In this document: piece after piece, positions 55,961 to 64,000 of the stretch
Layout: every line of letters starts with the position of its first letter
Position numbering within the stretch: the stretch's first letter is position 1
Translations under genes and position numbers: made by a program
Source of the DNA: a virus
Direction: 5' to 3' (one strand)
DNA: 64,000 nucleotides
IMG/VR virus record: IMGVR_UViG_3300025093_000015
Location: 1 to 64,000 of that record
The notes under the pieces: generated by a model
What the model was told of the DNA's origin: nothing
Database searches by the model: none
What the model saw: the letters and a program-made list of their open reading frames with translations, nothing else

Positions 55961-57328
55961 ATGGCTTATTTTAATCATGCGTTTTGCAAAGCTTTCTTAG
56001 CAAAGACGCACAACCAAGATACTACTAAAGCATCTCAGGATTTAACTACTGGGAATGTAGCTCTTCTTGGTGCAGACTACAAAGTTCTTGACGCTGCTGG
56101 CGTTGCAGGAACAAATGGCGGTATTTATATTGCTACTGGTTCTTTTATGGCTAATGACAAGATTGGAAACAATCCTGGTCATGGTGGATATAAAGAGTCA
56201 ATTAAATCAAAAATGATTCTAAAGAAATATATCTCTGATATGTGGATTTCAGAATGTAATGATGAAACTGCAGCTACTGCTGAAATTATTATCAAACCTA
56301 CTGCAGCAAATAAATCTTGCTTCCCATGTGGTTCTGATCCAATTTTTAGAGTAGATATTAAAGGTACTGCAGCATTAAGATTATTGAATCACAATGCTTA
56401 TGCTTCTTTATCTGGATCACTTCCAATGTTACAAGATGGTCAAAAAAATGCAGGTGGTACTGCACTAACACATCCAGCTAATGGTGTAGACATGTGTTGT
56501 GTTGAGCAATCTACTAGTAAATCAGGTATTGCTCCATCTATTGTTGCTGCTAACTTAAGAGATCAATTTAATAATGATCCAATCTTAAAGAATTTTGGTA
56601 CAGCTAAATTAACACAATCTGTGGGTGGTGCTGCTTATGCTGATCCAACTCTTGCGCAAGAAAATGCAATTTATGCAGGTGGTGCAGCTGGTATTAATGG
56701 TGATGGTACTTGGTTAGTAGATACACTATACAAAGTTACTATTACACTTAAAACTAGTTGTGAATTACAAACTCAATTCTCTTCTTGTTCATTTGATACT
56801 AGAGATTTCTATTTAATGGGAGGTCTTAAAGCATCTATTGATTTACAAGATGAAGTAGGTAATCCATGTGTTGCTTGTCAAGGATATGTTATTGAGTCTG
56901 AAACTGAATTTAAGCAAAGAAGAACTTCAGCTGAAACTGCTGCAAGAGATATTCTTTTAACTGAAGGATACAGACAATCTCCTTACAACCAAGGAAACAA
57001 AGACTCTGCAAGATTTAGAGAAATTGAGCAAATGTCTGGTATTGTTGATGAGGTAGGTAGAGATGCTACTGCTACTCCATGTACAGGTAAATACAGAGTA
57101 TATCACTTAGTACACAATGTTCCAAGATTTAACAACCCATCTGGAGTATTTGATAATGATCAGTATGTATACAGATTATATGTTCCATGTACTGGTGCTT
57201 CTGCAGCAACTACATCATTAGATGCTGACTGGTTAGCATTAGCACAAGATGCAAATGTACAGAAGTTTGATGGTTCAGGACCTGTAACATCTGTAGCAGA
57301 TCTAGTTAAAAAAGGTGGTGACATTTAA
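55961..57328 (+). CDS. Abundant structural protein (auxiliary capsid-type)
   Basis: 455 aa; own promoter motif and terminator; Cys-containing. Confidence 0.65.
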   Translation: MAYFNHAFCKAFLAKTHNQDTTKASQDLTTGNVALLGADYKVLDAAGVAGTNGGIYIATGSFMANDKIGNNPGHGGYKESIKSKMILKKYISDMWISECNDETAATAEIIIKPTAANKSCFPCGSDPIFRVDIKGTAALRLLNHNAYASLSGSLPMLQDGQKNAGGTALTHPANGVDMCCVEQSTSKSGIAPSIVAANLRDQFNNDPILKNFGTAKLTQSVGGAAYADPTLAQENAIYAGGAAGINGDGTWLVDTLYKVTITLKTSCELQTQFSSCSFDTRDFYLMGGLKASIDLQDEVGNPCVACQGYVIESETEFKQRRTSAETAARDILLTEGYRQSPYNQGNKDSARFREIEQMSGIVDEVGRDATATPCTGKYRVYHLVHNVPRFNNPSGVFDNDQYVYRLYVPCTGASAATTSLDADWLALAQDANVQKFDGSGPVTSVADLVKKGGDI

Positions 57329-57359
57329 TAGTTAACACTATATATACACAATTAAAGGA

Positions 57360-57387
57360 GGGGTGGATTAAATTCTACCCCTTTTTT
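57360..57387 (+). terminator. Intrinsic terminator
   Basis: GGGGTGGA/TCTACCCC hairpin then TTTTTT. Confidence 0.75.
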
Positions 57388-57411
57388 ATTTCATTTAGTG
57401 TATAAAATTTT

Positions 57412-57420
57412 GTATATTAT
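57412..57420 (+). promoter_or_regulatory. GTATATTAT phage promoter motif
   Basis: Directly after the terminator, 33 nt before 57454. Confidence 0.65.
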
Positions 57421-57453
57421 TATTGAGTATTGTATATAATAAATTGAAAACTT

Positions 57454-58032
57454 ATGGCAGCTAAACATATTTTAAGTCTAGATATACCAGCAAGTTCTAA
57501 TTGTGAAATACTTCCTATTGTTGATACAAGTGATTATACAAGCAATTTAGGTGTAAGTTGTCCTGAGCTATCAATAACTGCTCCTGGATATAATAATCCT
57601 AAAATTATTGAGACAGTTGTATCTAAAAATAATGATGGAGAATGGGAAGGTTTTGGAAGATTGAATTTAACAGCGTGTGCATTGGGACTACAAACTTCTA
57701 GTTGTTCTTCTAGTAGAGCAACAATTCCAGATGGTATCTATATTATAAAATATAGTGTTTCTCCTAATGATAAAGTATATGTAGAATATAATCATTTAAG
57801 AGTAACAGAGCTATTATCTACTTACTATAAAAAATTATGTGAGTTAGATGTTAAACCTTGTGAACCAAGTTCAGAGTTTCAAAAAGTTATGGCAGAAATG
57901 AAATATATACGTACATTAATAGATGCAGCTGTAGCTAAAGTAGAATACTGTCAAAGTCCAAATGAAGGGTTAGAGCTTTATAATTTTGCTAAAACAAAAT
58001 TAAAGAAGATTACCTGTGAGATATGCTGTTAA
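57454..58032 (+). CDS. Tail hub/fiber-attachment-like structural protein
   Basis: IPDGIYIIKYSVSP; helical C-terminus ending CEICC. Confidence 0.55.
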   Translation: MAAKHILSLDIPASSNCEILPIVDTSDYTSNLGVSCPELSITAPGYNNPKIIETVVSKNNDGEWEGFGRLNLTACALGLQTSSCSSSRATIPDGIYIIKYSVSPNDKVYVEYNHLRVTELLSTYYKKLCELDVKPCEPSSEFQKVMAEMKYIRTLIDAAVAKVEYCQSPNEGLELYNFAKTKLKKITCEICC

Positions 58033-58050
58033 TATTTTAAAAACTCTGAT

Positions 58051-60105
58051 ATGTCTTGCAATAAAAAGAAAGATGAAGAAATCATAAAAAAGATAAATAT
58101 TGAGCAAGCTTTTGCTGACTTAAAATTTAGAAAAATGAGAGAAGATAGATTTGGTTTATCTTCTTGTTGTAATTTAGATAAGTTAGATAAGTTATCTGCT
58201 CAAAAAGAACTTTGTGATTGGGATGATAATAAAGTTCCTATATATCTAGATAAAAAATATAAAGATAAAGATGATGACTCAACTTATAAGTGGAACTTTG
58301 AAAGTACACCTATACCTGATTGGGTTTTAAAAGCTTGTACACCGTGTACAGAATATAGTAGTGTAGTTACAACTACAACTGCTTCTATGACACTTACACT
58401 TACATCAACTGTTATAAGCTCTTCATCTGATTATATACCTGGTACAACAAAAGTATATGCTTTAGCTAAATATGATGGAACAGCTGCTAGTACATATTTT
58501 ACTATAGGTTATGGAGTTTTACCTGGTTCAGGAAATTTTTCACTAACTATTTATGGTAATACAAATACTGTAGATCCTAAAAATGGAGCAGATAATTCTG
58601 AAGTTTTAAAAATCATTATTGATGTAAATGGTGATGGTTCAGTAATTAAATCTGTAGATTATTCTGCTGTTGGATGGACTAATCAACTATATACAACTAG
58701 TGCAACTATAGAACCATCAGCAGCTGGCACAATAACTACAGAATGTACATATGGTATAGCTACAGATTGTACTTTTTGTGGAGAAGCTAGAAAGAATGAT
58801 CCAGACATGTATTTCTTTTATGATACTACATCACTAGGACGTCAAGAAGTAATAGATACACATAGTGTTGTTGAAACATGGATAACTGGTTTAAGAGATT
58901 TAGGTGCGTTTAATGGTAAAGTATATCACACATCTGTATTAGGTGAAAGATGGTTAGATTGGGCTGTTGTACCTTTTACTGGACAATTTAATAATGCAGG
59001 CTATTGTGGCGGATCTTATTCTCCAGGTGTAGGACAACCAGGTGTTATAGGACCACAAAATCCTACTTGGGGTAACAACCCTCCTACAGGAGGATATGTA
59101 GATGCAGTAACTCCTCCAACATCTAATACAAATACAATAGAATGGGGTGTACTAGATTATTTTATTAATGTAAAAGAAATAGATTGGTTTAATGGTGGTA
59201 ATACAACATCAACTGTTACATATACAGGAACAGGAGCATCAGGAGATAGTGTAACAAGTCCTGGCCCACCACCTATAGCATCAAGTAAAAGAATATTAGT
59301 TGTTGTATTTGCTGATGAAGCTACATCTCCACAACCTTATCCACAACCTTATCATGTAAATGCAAATACAGTTGCACCAACTTGGACTAATGCTACAGGT
59401 GGAACAAATGGAATTCAAGCAGTACCTACACCATGTTGGAGTGCTGATTATAATGAATTTGTAACTCAACATAATAAATTTTTAAATCAAGGATCAGATT
59501 ATGAAGCAAATTATTTTATATATCCTGCATATCCAAAAAGTGTAGCAGATGCTCATAAATCATTTCCTTTACATGTTGTTGGTGCAATTGATTCTGGTAT
59601 AAATAATACAGGTATATTAGCAAGTGCTCCAGCTAACGGTATAGTTTCTTTAGCACAAACTACTAGTGGTACTAATCCATATGTTCAATATAATGTTGGT
59701 AGATTAGATCAATATAATTGGGGTTATAATGTATCTCAACCACCTACAGGATTTACACAAGTTGATTTTGAAACTAATCTTGAAGCATTTTGGGACCCAG
59801 GTGATGAAGAATGCGTAGGTGATGTAGAGTGTTTAGTAATATATGTAAAAGATACTGAGGGTAATCCAATTGAGTGTTATCCAATTTATATAGATAATAA
59901 AGAAGTAGGTGTAACAGATGAGGATGGTTATTTTACACATAGCATACCTAATGCTAGTGTTGATAAAAAACATTCAATAGATCTATGTCATTGTTTTGAT
60001 ACAACAGGTGGTTGTAGTCAGCAAAGAATAGATATTACTGTAACACCACAAGAAACAAAAATAAAGTGTACAAAGCAGACAATTGATTGTACACCTGAAG
60101 AATAA
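58051..60105 (+). CDS. Cys-rich structural/tail protein with VWA-like domain
   Basis: 684 aa; DMYFFYDTTS, ILVVVFADE; C-terminal GVTDEDG beta-sandwich. Confidence 0.6.
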   Translation: MSCNKKKDEEIIKKINIEQAFADLKFRKMREDRFGLSSCCNLDKLDKLSAQKELCDWDDNKVPIYLDKKYKDKDDDSTYKWNFESTPIPDWVLKACTPCTEYSSVVTTTTASMTLTLTSTVISSSSDYIPGTTKVYALAKYDGTAASTYFTIGYGVLPGSGNFSLTIYGNTNTVDPKNGADNSEVLKIIIDVNGDGSVIKSVDYSAVGWTNQLYTTSATIEPSAAGTITTECTYGIATDCTFCGEARKNDPDMYFFYDTTSLGRQEVIDTHSVVETWITGLRDLGAFNGKVYHTSVLGERWLDWAVVPFTGQFNNAGYCGGSYSPGVGQPGVIGPQNPTWGNNPPTGGYVDAVTPPTSNTNTIEWGVLDYFINVKEIDWFNGGNTTSTVTYTGTGASGDSVTSPGPPPIASSKRILVVVFADEATSPQPYPQPYHVNANTVAPTWTNATGGTNGIQAVPTPCWSADYNEFVTQHNKFLNQGSDYEANYFIYPAYPKSVADAHKSFPLHVVGAIDSGINNTGILASAPANGIVSLAQTTSGTNPYVQYNVGRLDQYNWGYNVSQPPTGFTQVDFETNLEAFWDPGDEECVGDVECLVIYVKDTEGNPIECYPIYIDNKEVGVTDEDGYFTHSIPNASVDKKHSIDLCHCFDTTGGCSQQRIDITVTPQETKIKCTKQTIDCTPEE

Positions 60106-60142
60106 TAATAATAAGACAACTTGGTTGTTTATTAAAATTTGT

Positions 60143-60151
60143 GTATATTAT
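60143..60151 (+). promoter_or_regulatory. GTATATTAT phage promoter motif
   Basis: Intergenic before 60196. Confidence 0.65.
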
Positions 60152-60195
60152 AATGTATACATGTAATAATTTACAGCTACAAAAACAATATATTT

Positions 60196-63100
60196 ATGAT
60201 ACCTAATCAATCTAGTAATAACAACGGATGTACAGATAACATGTCATCAAACTGTGTTGTATGGCAAGGACCAGATTTAACATGTATTGAAGTATGTAAT
60301 GGAGATACAGTTAGTAATGTAGTTGCTAACATGGCAGAAAAGCTTTGTGAAGTAATTGAAAACTCAGGAGGAGCTATAGATATTACTACTGTAAATCAAA
60401 AATGTTTAATAGCTGATTATGGTACCGCAGCAACAATACAAGAACTTTTTAATAATATTATTGATAAACTGTGTAACTGTTGTGCAACTAGCCAAACGCC
60501 AACAGATCCTTGTTCATGTGTTATAGAAATTCCTGATTGTTTAAGAAAAGCTGCACGTGATTATGCTAATAACGGAACTTCACCAATATCATTTGCATTA
60601 AACAATGATCCTTCAGTAGGACCTGGTAGAGGTTATGCACATTTTTTAGCATTACAGATTTGTGAAAATATTAGTGCAATTTCATTAATGCAATTGCAAG
60701 TTAATAACTTAGAACAAAGAGTAACATTTATAGAAGATAATTGTTGTAGTCCTTCATCAGCACCATCATCAACTACAGATAAAGTAGTTGCATCTAATTC
60801 TACAGGAAATAATAGTCCTGTAACATTTGCTACAGCAATAGGTGCATTAGATGATAAAGTTGGATCTATAGATAATACAGTTGGTACAGCTCAACAAATA
60901 AATACAGCAGTAGCATATACACCTGCTCTATCACAAAAAGATAGACTTAGTGGTTCAGGTACAATGGCAGCTACAAGAGGTTGGATAACTACACCAAAGA
61001 ATATGGCGCAGTCATTCCAAAACTTGTGGATTACAATGAATGACACAAGAAATGCTGTAGAAAATTTAAATGAAACTGTAGCAAAACCTACATGTGCAGA
61101 TATTACATTTGATGTTGTTGGTTCAACAAAGAAAACTACTACAGGAGCTGTATCTGCTCTTGTATTTGATTTTCAAGGTACATCTATTCCAAAAGCATTT
61201 AGTGAGTGTAATTCAAGAGGAACAAAATTAACTATTACAGATTCTTCTTTAAATACTGTAGTTAAATATGTTGATGTTGGATATTATCAAAATAATCCAC
61301 CTTATTATCTTGCTACTTCAGAAATGGGTAATCTTGATTTAGGTAGTAATTATTCTGTTAGAATAGATTTTTGTGCAAGTGATGGTAATACAACATGTCA
61401 AGAAATACAAAATATAACTATAGAAAATGAATTAGGATGTCCTACTTTAACAATAGGAACAGTAACAGCAGATTCTATTCCTTTTACAGTTTCTAATATA
61501 ACCCTTCCGGTAAATAAAGGACATATTGTAAATGTTGAGTTGCTTAACAAAGCAGGTTCTTTACAGGATTCAAGATCATTTACGTATCAAGGAAGAGATA
61601 TTACAGGTACATTTACTAACTTAGTACCTAATACACAATACCAAGTTAAAAATACTTTAACACAAGATGGTAAAGTTGGTACAACAGATTGTCCAGTACA
61701 ATTAGTTTCAACTTCAACTCCTGTATGTTCTACAGTTTTATATACACCAACTAGTTCAGAATGGAGAACTAGTAGAAGTGATTTAGTCACAGGTGGAAAT
61801 GTTGTAGAATTAGCAAGTTATAATAGTGGTGTCTCACAAACAAAATGGGAAGTAGGTTTTGATTCAAGCTATAATCCTATTGTTGTTATGGCATCAGCAA
61901 CAGGTATAACAGGATGGAATCATTCTGGTAAATTTATTAATGATGAGTTAACTACAGAACCATTACAAATTACTGGATTAACAGGTTCTCCAGTATCTCC
62001 TGCAGGTATTACAAGATCTAATTTAGAAAGTGGGTGGAAGTATATGGGAACAATTACTGATCCAAACAGTCAACTTTATTATGTATATGCTGCAGTAGAC
62101 ACTAATAATAAATCAATTAAACAAGTTGTTTTTGCTTGTAATTGTAGTGGTATATATTTAGATACTACTCAACCTGTATACTATTCAAGAACAAGTGCAA
62201 CAACAGATATTACACTTAATGTAGTTGGATATACTGCAGGTTCAGAAGAGCACACTTGGGCTATTACTACACAACCTGCACATGGTACATTAGCTTATAA
62301 AGCTGGTTCACCTACAAACAGTAGTGCAACTTATGTGTACACACAAAATGGTGATTTTATGACATCTGATAGTTTTGTTATTACATTATCAAATGCATGT
62401 GGTACAACAATAGGTACTAAGTATGTACAAATATTACCTTCACAAAGAATTAAATATACCTCAACTGATGTAATTGTATTTTTTGATACTAATGCTATGA
62501 CTACTGCAAATGCAGCAGATATTAAAAAATCATTTAATGCAATTAGAAGTGGATTTAGTGGTGCTACAAAACCTAATTTCTATTATGTAGCAGTTAATGG
62601 AACAGAATCTGGTGATTATTTAAAACATGTTAAAGGTTGTGTAGAACATGTAGGTGCTTTTAATAGTGCAGGATCATATGGAGCAGCTTTAAGTTATCCA
62701 ACATCTGGAACATGGTACACTGATATAATGTCTAATGGTGCAACGTTACCAAGTTATTGGACAACGACAGGTGCAGAATTTCCACCAGATGTACATATAA
62801 TATCTTTTGTTGGTCAAGTAAATGCAAATGGAACTTATGGTAAAGCAAGTTTACCTGGAACTCCAGCATGGGCAACACCGTTGGAACCTACTACAAATAG
62901 TGGATCTGGTACAGCACAATATCAAGAAGATTATGATGCTATAGTAGATATAACATCATCAGCAGCACCAACAAGTGCATGGGGTATTGCATGTCAAGCA
63001 CAAACAAGTTTCCCTTGGGTTTCAGGATCTATACCATTTACTGTAAGTCAAGTTGTTGTTACATTATTAAATGATATAGCTGGTGCAACAGCGTCTGTAG

Positions 63101-63780
63101 CTTTACAAGCATTTGCAGCACTTCAAGGAGAAAATCTTCTTTCTACACAAGAATATTATGGTGCAGCATTAGGTTTAGAAAGATATAGAAATCATGGAGC
63201 AATAGGAACAGGTTTAGATTTAACAGCATATTTACTTTCAGGTGTAGCATCTGTAAATATTCCATATAGTGTAACAACTAATGGTGCTGCTAATACAATG
63301 GTAGGTTTAAAAGATGTTTCACCTTCAAATTATTTTAATGCTGTTCATGCTTATATTGAAAATGGAACTGATTTAGATCTTTCAACTAATCCTATGATAA
63401 CAACATATTTTAGAGGTATGTTTGGATTACTAACATCAGGATCAACAGGAGAGCCAAGTTCTGCAGGTGGTCAACGTATGGGAAGCACAGCTACTTATGC
63501 AGTACAAATTAGTGGTAGTACTGATGCAGATAAAATATTAAGTGCTTGTACACAAGCTAAGACTGCTAGTAATTGTATAAATATATATAACTCAACAGGT
63601 ACACAATTTGATACAACTGTAAGAGCATATACAACTTTATCAGGATTAGTAAATGAGCAATCAGAATATGAATTAGAAAATGGAAAATTTTATGCATTGT
63701 GCCCAGGTGGAACAGGTGTAAATGTTGCTAGATATAGCACAACTTCACCACATTGGAATACGGTAAGCACGTGCCCTTAA
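60196..63780 (+). CDS. Large Cys-rich tail fiber/spike protein
   Basis: 1194 aa; N-terminal CVVWQGPDLTC, coiled coil, FN3-like FTNLVPNTQYQV, Ig-like QPAHGTL, VWA-like segment. Confidence 0.7.
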   Translation: MIPNQSSNNNGCTDNMSSNCVVWQGPDLTCIEVCNGDTVSNVVANMAEKLCEVIENSGGAIDITTVNQKCLIADYGTAATIQELFNNIIDKLCNCCATSQTPTDPCSCVIEIPDCLRKAARDYANNGTSPISFALNNDPSVGPGRGYAHFLALQICENISAISLMQLQVNNLEQRVTFIEDNCCSPSSAPSSTTDKVVASNSTGNNSPVTFATAIGALDDKVGSIDNTVGTAQQINTAVAYTPALSQKDRLSGSGTMAATRGWITTPKNMAQSFQNLWITMNDTRNAVENLNETVAKPTCADITFDVVGSTKKTTTGAVSALVFDFQGTSIPKAFSECNSRGTKLTITDSSLNTVVKYVDVGYYQNNPPYYLATSEMGNLDLGSNYSVRIDFCASDGNTTCQEIQNITIENELGCPTLTIGTVTADSIPFTVSNITLPVNKGHIVNVELLNKAGSLQDSRSFTYQGRDITGTFTNLVPNTQYQVKNTLTQDGKVGTTDCPVQLVSTSTPVCSTVLYTPTSSEWRTSRSDLVTGGNVVELASYNSGVSQTKWEVGFDSSYNPIVVMASATGITGWNHSGKFINDELTTEPLQITGLTGSPVSPAGITRSNLESGWKYMGTITDPNSQLYYVYAAVDTNNKSIKQVVFACNCSGIYLDTTQPVYYSRTSATTDITLNVVGYTAGSEEHTWAITTQPAHGTLAYKAGSPTNSSATYVYTQNGDFMTSDSFVITLSNACGTTIGTKYVQILPSQRIKYTSTDVIVFFDTNAMTTANAADIKKSFNAIRSGFSGATKPNFYYVAVNGTESGDYLKHVKGCVEHVGAFNSAGSYGAALSYPTSGTWYTDIMSNGATLPSYWTTTGAEFPPDVHIISFVGQVNANGTYGKASLPGTPAWATPLEPTTNSGSGTAQYQEDYDAIVDITSSAAPTSAWGIACQAQTSFPWVSGSIPFTVSQVVVTLLNDIAGATASVALQAFAALQGENLLSTQEYYGAALGLERYRNHGAIGTGLDLTAYLLSGVASVNIPYSVTTNGAANTMVGLKDVSPSNYFNAVHAYIENGTDLDLSTNPMITTYFRGMFGLLTSGSTGEPSSAGGQRMGSTATYAVQISGSTDADKILSACTQAKTASNCINIYNSTGTQFDTTVRAYTTLSGLVNEQSEYELENGKFYALCPGGTGVNVARYSTTSPHWNTVSTCP

Positions 63781-63798
63781 TAATTAAAAAAATAAATT

Positions 63799-64000
63799 AT
63801 GAGTTGTAGTAGTTGTAAAAGTGGATCAACAAAGTCATCACCATGTGCATGTAAAGATCATGGACTAGTAACTCCTTGTAGTTATACAAATTGTCAAAGA
63901 AAAAATGATACTGAAACATGTGAAGATATACAATGTTCAGCATGTGTAGGATGGTGTCAAAATAGTTTTTGTGTAACTAATGCTGCTAACCAAACTTTTT
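63799..64000 (+). CDS. Cys-rich structural protein, N-terminal part, runs off window
   Basis: MSCSSCKSGSTKSSPCACKDHGLVTPCSYTNCQRKNDTETCEDIQCSACVGWCQNSFC... Confidence 0.7.
   Translation, partial: MSCSSCKSGSTKSSPCACKDHGLVTPCSYTNCQRKNDTETCEDIQCSACVGWCQNSFCVTNAANQTF

Noticed and set aside
351-61790. Many short antisense or nested ORFs in the track (e.g. 351, 2430, 9144, 21915, 34983, 40307, 50129, 61587)
   Set aside because: Shadow frames of well-supported genes on the other strand or frame.
1-64000. Giant virion RNA polymerase or integrase
   Set aside because: Neither is present in this window. The polymerase expected for crAss-like phages may lie outside it, so the taxonomic call rests on terminase, portal, MCP and PolB features and synteny.

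Overview
AT-rich 64 kb segment of a crAss-like (Crassvirales-type) dsDNA phage, most likely infecting aquatic Bacteroidetes (Flavobacteria). It uses the standard genetic code, and I found no integrase, CRISPR array or intron. Layout: (1) 1-11.5 kb accessory block with a partial SET-domain gene, class II ribonucleotide reductase, an envelope-targeted trio (secreted CxxC-less thioredoxin fold, Cys-repeat protein with a T9SS C-terminal sorting domain, outer-membrane beta-barrel), a CDGSH Fe-S protein, a holin and small basic proteins. (2) 11.6-39.3 kb minus-strand early/middle block with a spore-photoproduct-lyase-like radical SAM protein, UDG, acyl-CoA thioesterase, PolB, nucleases, a MoxR-AAA/VWA-metallopeptidase cassette with three mutually similar partner genes, primase, DnaB, SF2 helicase, tRNA-Arg(TCT) and a ~700 nt non-coding stretch of long minus-strand RNA stems. 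(3) 39.4-64 kb plus-strand late block with nuclease, basic proteins, PhoH, endolysin, IHF-like protein, GroES, terminase, portal, scaffold, major capsid protein and very Cys-rich tail proteins. Two promoter classes are visible: the host-type TAnnTTTG and a recurrent phage motif GTATATTAT. All family calls come from motif recognition by eye, not database searches.
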